This document shows, piece by piece, positions 37,417 to 51,113 of a stretch of DNA of 64,000 bases (positions within the stretch are counted from its first letter, which is position 1; every line of letters starts with the position of its first letter). Position numbers and translations under genes: made by a program. The notes beneath the pieces were generated by a model, which saw nothing but the letters and a program-made list of their open reading frames with translations, was not told the origin of the DNA and ran no database searches. This stretch comes from Camelus ferus. Its lineage: Eukaryota. The stretch lies in assembly GCF_009834535.1 (NCBI RefSeq), contig NC_045707.1:50780001-50844000 (forward strand). Reading direction: 5' to 3'.

Positions 37417-38444
37417 TACATAACCTCATAGGGTGACTGTAAAGGTTAAATAAGTTACTAGAACAGTGCAGGAGCATAGGAAGCGCTTGCTGGATATCAG
37501 TAGTGGTAGCAGCCATGTTTGTGGGGTCATAGGTACTGGAGCTGGAAGGGGATTTAGAGACAATCTAGACAAACTATTTCATAAGTAGGAAAACTGAGAC
37601 CCAAGACCAGTGAAGCCCAGCTCCTGGTCCCAAGACCAGTGCTGTGTCTTCTAGGACAGTGGTTTTCAAACAGGCTTTAGGAGTCCACCCAAGCTGCTCT
37701 GCTTGTATTTATGTATCTGGCTTTCTAAATAAGACTTAACTTGAAAAAAGAATTGAGCTTATGAAACAATGTTTGAGAGCCACTGGTTTAGAACAGTGTT
37801 CGTAAGATATCATTTGAGAGCCATCCAGTCACAGTCTCTTAGAGTACTTACAAACACAGCTGTCAGGGCCCCACCTCAGAATTACTGAAGCACAACTCGT
37901 GGAGATGGGATGCAGGAACCTTAATGTTTCTGACCAGTATCCCAGGGGATAGTTATTTGCATAGAAGTGTCAGGACAGCTCAGGCCATAATAGTTATAAT
38001 ATTGGCATTTTCCATGTTTGAAAAGAAGTTGTGTTCCCACCCTCAGCCTGAAAACTCATTAATTTTACTAACTCAAACAGCAGCATGACTGACTTTTGAC
38101 TTTTATGGATATAGATAATCACAGCCTCTCTCTAAAGAACAGTGGGACAAAAAAGCATCTTGAATCTTAAAGTAGGCCACATGCACTGGAGCGTTTGAAC
38201 ACCAGCTCTGCTATTACCCAGCTGTGTGACCTTGGACAAATAAATCCCTGAACCTTCCTGGGACTCAGCTTCTGGTTTTGAAAATGAGGAACGAGACCAT
38301 GATCAATGGTTCTTAATCTAGGTTTCATAAACTTCAGACCCTTGCAAATGGAACTCCAAATTGTGCTGACGTGGGCTTCTAAGAAGAGCATGTATAACTT
38401 TCATCTGCTTCCCAGAGAAGTCTGTGGCCCCCCTAAAAGAACTA

Positions 38445-38600
38445 CTATATTCAATACTGTGTAATAACCTATAATGGAAAAGAATCTGAAAATAATATAT
38501 AAAACTGAATATTAATAACAACATGTAAAACTGAATCAGTTTGCTGTACCTCTGAAACATTGTAAATCAACTAGATTTCAATTTAAAAAAAAGAAAAAAG
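38445..38600 (+). mobile_element. Very short L1 3' terminal fragment with A tail
   Basis: tatattcaatactgtgtaataacctataatggaaaagaatctgaaa...acattgtaaatcaactagatttcaatttaaaaaaaagaaaaaag, same 3' UTR type as the L1 at 19315-19890. Confidence 0.8.
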
Positions 38601-41600
38601 ATAAGAACCACCAAGTTAGATAACTTTGGAGGCCCTTCTTAGGTCTGAAATTCTTTTATTCCATAATATTTCTTCAGTTTGTACCTTTTGGAATAATTCA
38701 GTTAAGCCTGAATTAACAAGGTTATATCGAACAAGAGAAATTTGCTTGCTTTGCAAGTATAACCTTCGTGCGTGTTGTTTCGGGAAAAGAAAGTGAGTGG
38801 AGAGCACCTTTCTGCCTGGTGCTCATAGTAATTTCTTCAGCTGAAATCATTCCTTTGCCAGTTGTGCCAGTTCTGCCTTTGCATTAGGTAGCAGCTTGCA
38901 CCGTGCCCACAAACCTTAAGTTTGTTTGCTTGGGGTGAGTCTCATGTCACAGAAGCACATGATTTATGACTTTACTGTCATTTTTTTTTCTTTTTTTTAA
39001 TTTCTTCTCGGACACTTTGTACTACCCCTACAGTCCCCATGGTTTTCATTTGAAATCCTTCTGGCATGTTTACTCACCATAATAGTTCATCTATTTACAG
39101 AACATTTTGCTTTGTTTCTAAAAAATGCTGCGAGGCTTGTTTTAAATGGCAAACTCAGACCTACCTAAAGAAAGGGTCAAGTATCTGGGAAGAGGAGAAA
39201 TCAAACTTTAAAAGCTTGTATCTGTGGGACGATTCGTCCCACAGCTTTTAAGGATTGTAACGTTAATATAAGGAGGAATCCAAATGTTGACATAGTTCAA
39301 ATTAGTTTTTCCTTTTGTTCTTCCTGCCGCTCCCTTCATTTGTGATGCTTTTCCTTCATTTGGGGGAATTTTAATTAAGTGCGACCTTGTTGCTTTTTAA
39401 AAACCTTTTAATCTTTTAAGTATCTATTGAGTAATTATTTGTCTTCCTCAAAATGCTTAAGGCAGGTTGCTGTTCCAGCCCCATCTAGTAAAGGTGAAAT
39501 TACTCTGTCTTTTCAAGGTCAGTCTACAAATCACTAGCATAGATTTAAAATTCAAGCATTCATGATTTTCCTGGTCTTGTGATAGGTACTTATTTTAAGT
39601 AGATTATACTAATATATGACTCAGAATTTAACATAATAGGAGATTATAAAAATATCCTTAGATAACAGATTTCACACTTTGAATGGACAGTTTTGAATAA
39701 TTATGATTCTTATTCTTTTTCAAATACAGTGTTCTTTGGATAGAATTATACCACTGCATTAAAATGGAGGATTGAAGTCTCTTGAGTCTTGCCATTTCTA
39801 GATGAATTATAAGCATATCTTTTCTTTAAAAGCAGAAGTCTCACATAGTTTTGTTTGACCCTTGAAGAACAATGGTTTGATAGCTGGATAGTTTTTAAAG
39901 TTTATTGATTCACAGTATTTATGCATTTTAATTTCTGCTCCATGTCAGTAGAATTTCTTTCTCTATTTAAAGCTAAATTTAGGACTTTCAGTATTCAAAG
40001 AAAGGACAGAAGTGTATTAGAAATAATCATCGTAAAATCTGACAAGTAGATGGCTGTATTACCAAGCATGTTGATCTTATCAGAAAGAAAAAAAAATGTT
40101 ATTCCTTTATAAGGTAAACCACTTAGGTAAAATATCTCTTGCACCTTGACGTTTAAAAACAGTCATTATTGTGTGAGTATCCAGACACTATGCTAAGCTC
40201 TTTGTATGAATTCTCTTTTCAGTCATCACAACCCTAGGAGGTAATTATTTTTATCCCCATTTTATTGATTAGGAAGCTGAAGCCTGGTGATGGTCAGTAA
40301 CCTGACAATCCTCACCTGGAAATAGGCAGCTGAATAGAGGTTTGAACACATAAGTACCCATCTCTGGAGCACAAGATTAGGGAGCAGTCATATCTTAAAA
40401 GCTCAATTAGTACTACTTATTTGGCATCATCAACAGAAGGTGTGTCCATGAAATAGCCAAAAATGTTTTTCTCTCTTCTGTTTGAAAGGATCAAGGGTCA
40501 CCTAACTTTATGTAGATGTAACGAAGAATTATTCTTCATTAAGAAAAGGTGACCCAGAAAATTCTTGTAAGTTGTCATGTTAATTTTTTATAAATCACTA
40601 ATTGAGTTGTTATTTAAAAAGCAAAATAAACAAAACAAAACTACAGGCAATTGACCTGGTTAGATTTTTAATCAAGAGATGGCTTATAAGGAGAAATAAA
40701 AAAGCAGAAAGCTTTGGCCTATGTTATATCTGAAGACTGAACAACAACTGGGATATTTAAATACAAACGTACAGGGTTGTTGTTTTTTTTTCCTCTACAG
40801 CAGAGATTCTTAAACTTCTCTGGGTCTGATGAGACTCTGGAAACTGGACTCTTTCTCCAGAAAGGTTCACATATGTGCAACATTTTATGTAGTGTCAAGA
40901 GAATCATGAGTTACTCCTACTGCATTTTGATTCTTACCTAGAACTTGGGAGAAACAGTTCAGACAATGAGTGTCTCACCATAGATATCCAGGAAGCCACT
41001 GATTTTGTGCAACTTAGAGACCTCAATGACATTTGAATCAAGAGATCCAAAGATTTTAGATCAGTGATCTAGAGAGGGAGTTACCTGTTCTGACTTTGAG
41101 TTCTTTTTCTCCGAGTCCAAATACCTGCAGGGCATGGTATGTAGCCAGTGCCTGTTTGGCTCACAAACTTTTTCTTGGCCGAGTTTCCAGCATTTCCACA
41201 TTCTGTTCTCTTACACATTTTCCCCCCGCTAGTATCACTGAGTATGGTCAATCCTTAAGACACACCAAAGCGAAAAAGAGAGAGAGAGACAGAGCAAATG
41301 GCCCACCTAGTAGTAGAGTGAGCCCATCACCTGTTTTTGTAGTTTCATGCATTTTATAATCTGGCATGGTTTTTACAACCCCATACTCCAAACCACAGGG
41401 CTCACTGGAATAATCTGACCTTTGGTAAATTTTGCATCAGCTAGGTTCTATGTCGTTTTTTCTATTCTGAACTTATTTTACTAGAGCAGATTAGTTTTCA
41501 AAATCTGTAGCCTTGGTTACATATCCATTTAACCCTACCAACAGGATGCTTCCCTGGAATCTAAACCATGTCTCTACTTTTTCAGCTTTTAGCCTCTGTA

Positions 41601-41959
41601 TTCACATTTAATGCATGTTCAGTACTTTGCTAGTGGTCTTCTAAACTGCTCTTGGTCTCTTTCCTTGTTCCAATCCATCCTTCCCGAGTAACCTTCCTAA
41701 ATTTCGTGCCATGTTCCCTTCCAGCTTACACACATTCAATGTAGCACCACTGCTGACACAGGACAGTGACATCAGACCGAATTTTTAATGGTGATCTACT
41801 TCCCCCTCTTCATCTTGTGGAAGAGGATAGAAGTTCCACAGGGGAGGTGACGTGTCTAAAGTGGAAGTGACTGGCCCTGGGGTTCTGGTGGTGGAAATGG
41901 TCCTGCTGAACTTCACTGCCTCCCACTTGCCCTCCTTAGCCCAACATTCAGATCTCTCT

Positions 41960-42098
41960 CTCTTTTGCTTTCTTTCTTTCTTTCTTTCTTTTTTTTTTTT
42001 GTTTTGTTTTGTTTTGTTTTGTTTAATGGAGGTACTGGGGATTGAACCCAGGACCTCGTGCATGCTAAGCATGTGCTCTACCACTGAGCTATACCCCC
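41960..42098 (-). mobile_element. tRNA-Ala(AGC)-derived retroposon (SINE or processed tRNA copy): 72-nt tRNA body at 42027-42098 plus an A-rich tail
   Basis: Minus strand reads GGGGGTATAGCTCAGTGGTAGAGCACATGCTTAGCATGCACGAGGTCCTGGGTTCAATCCCCAGTACCTCCA, followed by (AAAAC)n, An and (AAAG)n rather than a T-run terminator. Confidence 0.85.
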
Positions 42099-43807
42099 TA
42101 CTCAGGTCCCTCTCTAATGTGGCTTTCCTGGCATATTTCTTACCTCTAGAACCTGAGTGATCTGTCCTGGGTCTCCCATTTCTTCCTCTTTGCATCTGAC
42201 CCTTCTGATATCTTGACTGTCCCACTCCCTTGCAGTTGATAATAGTAAACACTCGTACCCATTCCCACACCACGCTCAAGCACTAAGTATTTTAAACAAG
42301 ATACTTCATCACTAGTCTTATTAAATCCACTAGCTCAATTCTGTGATTCTCATTTTACACATGTGGAAATTGAGGTTAAAGAAGATTAAGGAACCTGCCC
42401 AAGATCTGTGAGTTAGCACGTGGCAGGGCCTGGCTCCAACCTGAGCAATGCGTCTCCCCAGAACTTGGGCAGTGAGCCCTACATCAACGAACTGCCTTGA
42501 AGGAACATCTTATCTTCCTAGTTCCAGACTCAAGGAATCCTCTACTCTCTCAAACTTTCCACAGTGATCAGTAGACACAATAGAAGCTGAACTTATCAAA
42601 AGGTTATCTGTGCTTTTTGATTGCTATTCAACATACTATAAATGCTTAGAAAGTAATAAAATAATTCATGAAGTGGCCATAAAAATCTACAACTTCCTAA
42701 TTTCTCTTCCAAATGTAACTGGAAAGGAACCAGTGCAAGCCAAGAATGTACTGATGAGGAGACTGCTCTGTAGATAACTGTGCTGAGACCAGCACACAGA
42801 GCCAGGATTTGTATCCTTACCTCCACCAGGTACTCCTGATGCCTGTGATGACCCTGACATGCCAGTTAACCTCTCTGAGCCACCATGGGTTTTTTTGTTT
42901 TGTTTTATTTCTGTGAAGTCAGCTTAATAATACAGATCTCTGAGGTCGTGGCAGAGACTGCATATGAAAACTTGTTAAAATTGTATTTTTCAAAAATAAT
43001 ATTACTTCTCAGTCCTATCAAAAATTGAAAATCAGTACATCAGTTTAATGCAGAAATTATTATTATACACCACCCTAAATGATAAGGTGTGGCAATTTGA
43101 GTGTGTTGGTCAGAGAACTTCTTGTAAGGTTTCTTTGACTTCTTTGAACCAATCTCTATATATAATTTACTAATAAAGCAGGATTGGCCAGCCTATCTCT
43201 TACATTTTCTCTGCTCTTTTGATATATACTCAGATCCTAAGTTTTCTGAATACTTATTCGGTTGATTCTGTATTTATTTTTTTGATAATGTTAATTGTGC
43301 TTACAGAGGGGTGAAATTATCAAGCAGCTTGTGTTCAGAACACCTGCCACTTCTTGCCATGCTTCTCCATCTGGAATGGCTTTTACATTTACATGGTGAC
43401 ATTGCCACATCACTTGGAGAACCACTGACAGGACAAATACATTGTGTTACTGATTCTTTGGGGGAACAAGTAGAAAGATAGTCCTGAAAGGGAATTCCAA
43501 GACCACAGATGGAAATTGAAATTCATATTGTGTTTCCAAAACTCAGAAGATTATACTTAGCCACCCATAACTGAATTTGGAGTCCAAAAGATTTATATTA
43601 TCACTTACTTTATTTTTGAAGAGTGCCTTTGATTGCAAAGGGAAATGAAGAATGAAAAATCACTATGTATGTAAATATTGAAATTCAGTGGTAACTTAAA
43701 AACGTAACAGGTTTGTATGTGTTTTTCTCAAACCGCTAAATACAGTATGATTAACTGATATGTATGGATTTTCTCACAGATAACTTACTTTCTTTTTTTC
43801 TCCGTAG

Positions 43808-43870
43808 GTGGCAAATCTTCCAAAGGACTATAAAATAACCCTCAAATATGTCCCCGGGATGGACGTTTTG
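43808..43870 (+). CDS. KITLG: KITLG exon 3 ([21 protein letters not shown])
   Basis: Acceptor tttctttttttctccgtag, 63 nt, donor gtatgt. Confidence 0.97.
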
Positions 43871-46779
43871 GTATGTAACTGTGCATTTCTGAGTTTCCTT
43901 TTGGTAGCTGACAAAAGAGATAGGGTCATTCATATTGAAATAGGAAATTACCTACCGTTTAGGAATTTGCTAATTGTCAGAATTTAAAGAAGGTATCTTT
44001 GGAATTTGACTTGCATACTTGTTTCCTCAGTCAACTGCTAAGCTCTAGTTTGGATGAGCATTTTAGCATATGTGTCTTATACCTGTAATTCCCAAGTAAA
44101 TTAGATAACCTTCCTTAGAGCTGGCCACAGATTTCTCTTTCCTTTAGCCTCCCTCTCCCACAAAAGGTTTGAGTGTAAAATTATGTAAATTCTTTTGATA
44201 CCTGAAAGGTCCTATATAAGTCTCTTTCTTACTTAATTTGAGAACACAAAATGTTTTATCTCTGAATTTATTTGCAGTGTGATTGATTCTTAGAACCTTA
44301 CAACAAAAATGTGGCTATGATTATAAATACTCCTTTATTACTGCAATCAAGAAATTTTAATTATTTTTCTCACTACATAATATTCACACATGAAGAAATA
44401 TTTCAAGCATAGGGAATAATGTAATGCCTGTGTACCCATCACGTAGCTTGTCAGATGTTACCATTGTGCAATATTTGCTTCAAATGTATTTTTTAATAAT
44501 GAAACATTATACATATAATTAAAGCCCCTTTCCTATCTCCATTAATGCCCACTCTGTCTGTTAGGGACAACTTGTCTCTGAGGAACAAGTATTCTGAGCT
44601 GGAATTTTTCATTCTAGTGCATGGTTTCAGGGCTTGACATTGAGGATAGCATCCCTTGTAGTTGTGTTACGTGCAGCAGTGCACAGTAGCTGCCCTTATA
44701 CTTTTATTGCAAACTATACATCCATACACAAAGTACATATATTTTTTCATTTTTTCATAGTTTCTGTTAATGCCATTACACTGCATCTGTCACTTTGCAA
44801 CTTGCTTATATTTTGCAACATACCTTTGACATTAATGTGTTCCATGTTGATTCATTTTAACTACCGTATCGTGTTCCACTGAGTTAATCAAAATCGATTT
44901 GGGTTACTCTGCTCTGCAAGTTGACATCTTGCCATAACTTATCAAATACTTATTATGCATTCACTTCCTGCAAGTCATCTTAGACTCTGAATCCTTTCTG
45001 TGGACTAGTTCATCAAAAGTATTATCAGTTTAAGTGTGTTAAGCACATCATTAAGCTTGTGCTTAAAAAGTCTTTCAAAGACTATAAGGTTGTCATTTCA
45101 AGAGAATGTCAAAGGCATATTTCTTTTCACTACTTCATGTGAAAATGCTTACTTTCCTATCTAAAGATCCTTAGAATTCCTTAGAACATGTACCTTCATG
45201 TTGGACCAGTTTTCCCCTTTGTTGACCTAGCAAGTCGAGGTCAGTGTCTGTTCTGTTGAATTAGGGCGAGTTCTCTGAAAATAGGAATGTAACATTATAG
45301 CAGCCTGAAAGTTCATTAACCTAATCATTTGCTCACTCAGTCAGCAAGTGTTTGTTTAGGAAAAACTATGGAGCCAGCACTTTATGAGACACTTGGGAGA
45401 CAAATATGCATCAATTAGCCTTATATTCAAAATCTTTAATAATAATGAGGGGGGGATTCTCTGGCCTTTTTATACTACTTTTCTGTTTTCAAAGTGATTT
45501 CATGCATTTATCTCCTTCGATGATTAGAAAAATCCCATGAGGAAGGCAGGTTGTAGCTACTGTGATTTACAAATGACACCACGAGGTTTACAATCCAGAA
45601 GTATTTGGCCCAAGGTTAAACAACTAGAAAGTGACAGAATCTTAAAAGAAACCCTAGGTCATCTGACTCTTAACTCTGGGTTATGGAATGTAGGTATCTA
45701 AATAATTACAATAGCCAGGGAAAGTGTTCTAAAGGAAGCATCTAAGTAATAAAGACGCACCCTGCTCCTGACTACAGAAGCACTTAGGCCTGGGATTGCC
45801 AAACTCCAAGAAGTAACGAAGCTCTTTGAAAACAGTATGTTGAATTGAAAATGGCGAAATAGATGGTTTTGTGCTGGTATAATCTTAGATTGTGCTAAAT
45901 CATAGATGTCAGTATCGGCTGGTGATAATGAGGAGCGAAATGTGTAAAAATAGAGCTGATTCGTTGCCACTTTTTTTTTTTCTCGTTTCTGTAATTGAGA
46001 AAAGTCCACTATTATTTGGACTTGGCACACTGTCCTGGCACAACTGGAGAAACTCTGTTCTTGGCCATCGCAATTGGCAAGGAAAACAAGCCCGTGCAGA
46101 GGCCTTGGGGTAGAAACGGGGGGCCTTACGCTTTGTTTTACCTTCATTTTAAAATGTTAGTTTCTGCCAAGACCAGAGGAGTTTCCCAGTGGAGAGGCCC
46201 CTGGTTATTTATCAGTGGTCAGAGTCCCAGCTGCCTTATCTTTTGTCTCTAAACAATAGCGGGAGGAGTGGGAGCCCGGATGGGTACCCGAAAAATCCTC
46301 TGGGGCCAAAGCAATAAAATTCTGCCAGAGACACTGGGCAAAAAGAAGAAAGCTCTAGAATAGAATACACTTTATTTTCTGCTTTTGTTTAAAAACTCAG
46401 CTAAATACTCCTGAAAGGGGAGGTTAACCTTTTCTAAGGCCCTGTTTAGAAAACTACCCAGCAGATTGTCTCTCACAAATAGCAGGGTGTGATCCACCGG
46501 TTGGCATTTAAATCCAACAATAATTACCAATTTTATTTTAAACTCCTTGAAATTATAATATGGTCAAAGTGTTAGGATGTGTTTTAAGTTCCTAATCTAA
46601 AAATCCCAAACCTTTCTGATCCTTTCCACTTACTGATAATGTTATTGTAGAAAGAACAAAAATTGTGCCACACATCTGCAGTCACACTGACATCCATAAA
46701 ATGATAAAAACTATAAGTTGCTTGTGGTATTTGTGTAATAAATTCATTTGTTTTTAATTAAACTATTTATCAGTTTTCT

Positions 46780-48040
46780 TCTAACTTTGTATTTGGAAAT
46801 AATTTCACATTTACAGAAAAGTTGTAAGAATCTTCACAGAACACCCACATATCTTTTAATACAGATTCATCTATTTTTCACATTTTGTCTCATTTAGTTT
46901 ACTAAATGTTTGTTTTCTGTGTGTACATGTGTTATTTTTCTAAACCTGTTGAGCAAGTTGTATACAAACCCCTAAATACGTCAGTATGGTTCCTAAGGAA
47001 AGGATTTTCTCTTACACAACCACAGTATGGTTGTCAGCTTCAGTAAATTTAGCAATAACTAAAATACTTCAGTCTGTTGGCTGTATTTCAATTTTATCCA
47101 TTTCTTTTTGCATTTTTTTCCTCTAGTAGAAAGCCTAATCTAGGATCATGATTTACATTTTGATATCATGCGTGATAGGCAGAATAGTGGTTCCCCAAAG
47201 ATGTCACATGCTATGAAGGTATTACCTTACATAGCAAGAGGGACTTCACAGACGTAACAAAGTTAAGGATTTTGAGATGGGGAGTATTTCCTAGGATATC
47301 CAGGTGGGCCCAATCTAATCACATGAATCCTTATCAGAGGGAGGCAGGAGTGTCTGAACCAGAGAGAGTGACTTGAAGATGCTCATTACACTGCTGCTTT
47401 TAAAATGAAGGATGGGGCCATAAGCCAAGGAATGCAGGAGACTTCGAGAAACAGGGAAAGGTGACGAAAAGGGATTCTCCTGTAGAGCTTATAGAAGAAA
47501 CACAGCGCCTGTGAACACCTTGATTTGAGCCTAGGAAGACCTGTTTTGGACTTCTGACCTCAAGCATTATAAAATAATAAATTTGTGCTGTTTTAAGCCC
47601 ACCAAGTTCTTGGAAAACAATGTCTTTTTGGTCTAAGAGTTCCTCAGCCTTTCTTTGTCTTTACGACAATTGAAATTTTTGAGTGATGCAGCTCTCCCCT
47701 TTAAATAAAATGTTTCTCTTTGAAACAACTAATTTTTTTTTAATGGTTACACTTGGATTAAACATTCCAAGCCACAATGTCCATGTAAAGTGATAATACG
47801 TCCTCAGGTTATCACCCCCAGAGGCACACAGTGTCCATCTTCTCCTCATAGTGCTCTTTGTTTTGATCACCTGGCTCAGATGTTCCACGATTTCTGTGTA
47901 TTTACTCATTAGCAACTAAGACACAATCTTTGGGGAGATACATTTAAGACCAGGTACAGTTCTTTATCAAAGTTTCTCTGGTAGATTTAGCATCTATTGA
48001 TTCTTATTCTTACCTGAACCAGTCTTTACTGGCACGTCAG
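46780..48040 (-). mobile_element. Old L1 (L1MC-like) 3' region interrupted by a MaLR LTR
   Basis: ttggaaataatttcacatttacagaaaagttgtaaga...ttcctaaggaaaggattttctcttacacaaccacag; the element resumes after about 47620. Confidence 0.6.
47172..47615 (+). mobile_element. MaLR LTR (MLT1C/D-like)
   Basis: gtgataggcagaatagtggttccccaaagatgtc...ggattttgagatgggg...gggcccaatctaatcacatg...ggacttctgacctc...aataaatttgtgctgttttaagcc. Confidence 0.85.
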
Positions 48041-50604
48041 TTTTTAAGTTATTTTTTGAAGGCAAGGTTAAACAAAGTCCTTGGCAATACACAGTTTTGC
48101 TTTAACAATATGCCTCCTAGCCCCCTTCCCTCTGCAGCCGTCTCCCTCCCGTTGCATGATCCCCCTGTCTCCACTGCTCCCACCCTCTTTTGCTTGGTCT
48201 GCTGCCTCGGGATTCTTCTTATCTTGCTTGTATTCCAGGATCGATTACTTGAGGTTTTAACTCTTCTTGAGAAGACAGAGTGGAACAACCACCACAACAA
48301 AAATACGCATGTTCATTTTACCCCTCCACTTCATATCCTTTGAATGGTTGTTCTTAGGAAAAGGAGCTCTCTAAGCAAACAAGGTCTCCAAGACTCTCGT
48401 GATCTGGCACCTTTCCAAATTCTTTTTCAGTCCCTCAGCCTCACAAGTTCCCTGCTGCCACTGCTTCTTTTGTGCGTGTATTTCTCTGTCCCTCGAATGC
48501 CGACTGATCCTTTTGTTGAGGTCACTCCTGACTTTCATTTTCAATTTTGCTTCTTTAAGGAGGCTTTCCTTCCCTCTCATTCTCAAGGAACAAGATCATC
48601 CACATTAGAAACTTTTTATAGCCCTCCTCAAAGTAGTGTTTTTTTCATCGATTTGTGGAATTATTTCATTAATAAGCTTCCATTTATCTGTAAACTTCCT
48701 GAGAACAGGAACTGTATACTTTTGCTCCTCTATCCTCCGTGTCCAGTGGATGAAAGGCACTTAATAAATTACCTGCTGAAAGAAAGTGAAGAAGGAAGGA
48801 GGAAAGTTCCCCAACATGTCATCATTTCCCTGAGGCACACACTGGAATAGAATCCACAAGATTGTGATGATGTGGGATTATATCTGCACCTCAATGTTAT
48901 ACTGTTATCTTTTAGATGTGTGTGCATTTTGTAACAACTCCTATTGTATTATGCAATTCAGAGGAATCATGATTTCCTTGAGCCTTCTGTTACACTGCCT
49001 TCATTGAGTCATTCCCGTATTCAAGACCTTTTGCATTGTTCCCAATGACTGAAGGCTGAAAGCCAAATTCCTGAATCTGATGTTCATGACCTTATGTAAT
49101 CTTACCCAACCCTAACCACCTCATCTTAATACTGATTATTCCCCAACACGAACTCACCACCCCAGCTTGATATGTCCCTGCCTCCTAGAATCACCTTGCT
49201 TATTCTCAATTCCAAGGCCGCTTAGTACCCCTTCCCTTTGTCAGGGATGCTCTTTCTTCTCCCATCCACTCATGCAAATTCCACCCACAGAATTATGTAA
49301 TCTCTTGGGGCTGAAAGCATCTGAGTGGTCATCTCCTCCAAGGTCAGTTTAAGATTTCTCTTTCTCGTAAGACTGTTTCATACTGGTCTAGACTAGACCA
49401 TGCTATGTTCCCTGTATCATTTGGCCAGTAAGGATAGCCATCACCCCTGTTCTGTGCTTCTGCTCGGTACAAGGTGGGGACACAGTAGTCAGCAACACTG
49501 ACATGGTATTTGCTCTGTGGACCTTACCTTTTAGTTTACTGTCTCTGAATTTTTACGGAATTTGTCCGGAAACTAATCATTTTGGGTTCTTCATCATATA
49601 CTGCTTACATCATTGTTTAAAATTGTATGTATTATGGATTTGTCTCAAAATATTGTTATAAGAAATTAAGATACGAAAAACCTGAGATACAGTGTACACA
49701 CAATAATTGTCCTATGTCATCACGATTATTTTATTGTTATGTTTTCTCTTTTTATTGTATTTTACTTGACTAAATATTAGAGATCAGATCTTTCCTCCAT
49801 TGTATTTCCTTACCATTCAAGCAGGTAGTAGCTACTTAAAAACTTCTTACCAGTAAATATTTAACTGTTGGCAAAAAAAAAGTCTGATTTACAAATCTTG
49901 AAGGAGCTCATCCTGTTTATTTAGATTCCTTTGGTTCTTACTAGAAGTAATGAACTCAACCTTTACTACCCCCCCCCCCAAAGTCCCATCCTTATAAGGA
50001 TACTGAAAAATAGCATTCCAGTTACGGGTAGGGATGCAGCCAGACCTCATGAAGTGACTGGAGCCAGGATTGGAAAGCTACCAGGTTTTCCTTTCCGCAT
50101 TTCTGAATTTCTGCATCTCTACCTCATTCTATTTCGCCTGGGCACAGCTTTTCTCTGTTCCAGTCACCTGGTGGAACATAACTGTCCCAGAGCTCCTGTA
50201 TTTGCATATTACAGATTTGTCCCTGCTCAGAGACTGGCTGAGGTCCTATCACTACTGCCAGTTTGGGGAGGAACATTATGATAGACCCATCTGGCTCAGG
50301 GGTCACCATTGTCCAATCAACTGTGGCCACAGGGCAAGTTTTCTATTGGTATGTATAGATCCTGAGAGTCCACCCCTATGATTTGAAGCGCTTCCTATGG
50401 AAGCAGATGAAGTTTGTCAATTATATGTCTCTATATGGTATCTCATATAATAATGTGTTTATTTCAAAGGAATAAGTGTACAATGTTAGGTAAATGTATA
50501 AAATATAACATTAAATATTATTTGAAAGTGGCTCTTTGGGTACACAAACTCCAGGGCCCATCTTAATAAATTGACTATATTAAGATACTTTGACAACATC
50601 TAGA

Positions 50605-51113
50605 CCACTACTATCTGACAGAAATGTAATAGAAGCCACATATGGAATGTTAAATTGTCAGTAGCCACATTAAAAAATTTTTTTTAAAGAATAGGAGAAA
50701 TAGAGTATAATAAAAATTTTTATTTAGTCCCATATATCCAAAATATTATCATTTTACCTTATGATCAGTATAAAATTATTCATGGGGTAATTTTCAAATT
50801 TTTAATATTATTCAGAATCCACCGTTTATTTCACCCCTACACCACATTCCAGTTCAGACCCTAAATTTTCATCAGAAATATTTACTCCATATTTAGACTT
50901 TCAAAAAGTTTACAATTGAAAATGCAGATTCACACACCTAAGCATTTCTATACATACTTAAGTTTTCCAGTCACCAAATCAAGTATTGATTTTTTTTTTA
51001 ACTTTAAATAGGTTAAAGTTAAGCAAAATTAGTATTTTAGTTCCTCAGTCACATGAGCCACATTTTGAGTGACAGCCAGTGGTGGCTAGTGGCCCCTATA
51101 TTGTCTAGCACAG
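50605..51113. mobile_element. hAT-Charlie DNA element (MER33/MER3/Charlie1-like)
   Basis: agaaatgtaatagaagccacat...agtagccacattaaaaa ... gccacatttt...gtggctagtggcccctatattgtctagcacag. Confidence 0.7.

Noticed and set aside
42027..42098. Functional tRNA-Ala gene
   Set aside because: A-rich retroposon tail, no T-run terminator, CpG decay with an anticodon-stem mismatch, and related SINE copies nearby.
41785..42279. 164-aa minus-strand ORF
   Set aside because: It runs through the tRNA-derived SINE and its A-rich tail, so it is an artefact.
48049..48850. ORFs of 71-168 aa, including 48344..48850
   Set aside because: Intronic, partly L2-like degenerate sequence, with no homology I can recognise and no supporting exon structure.
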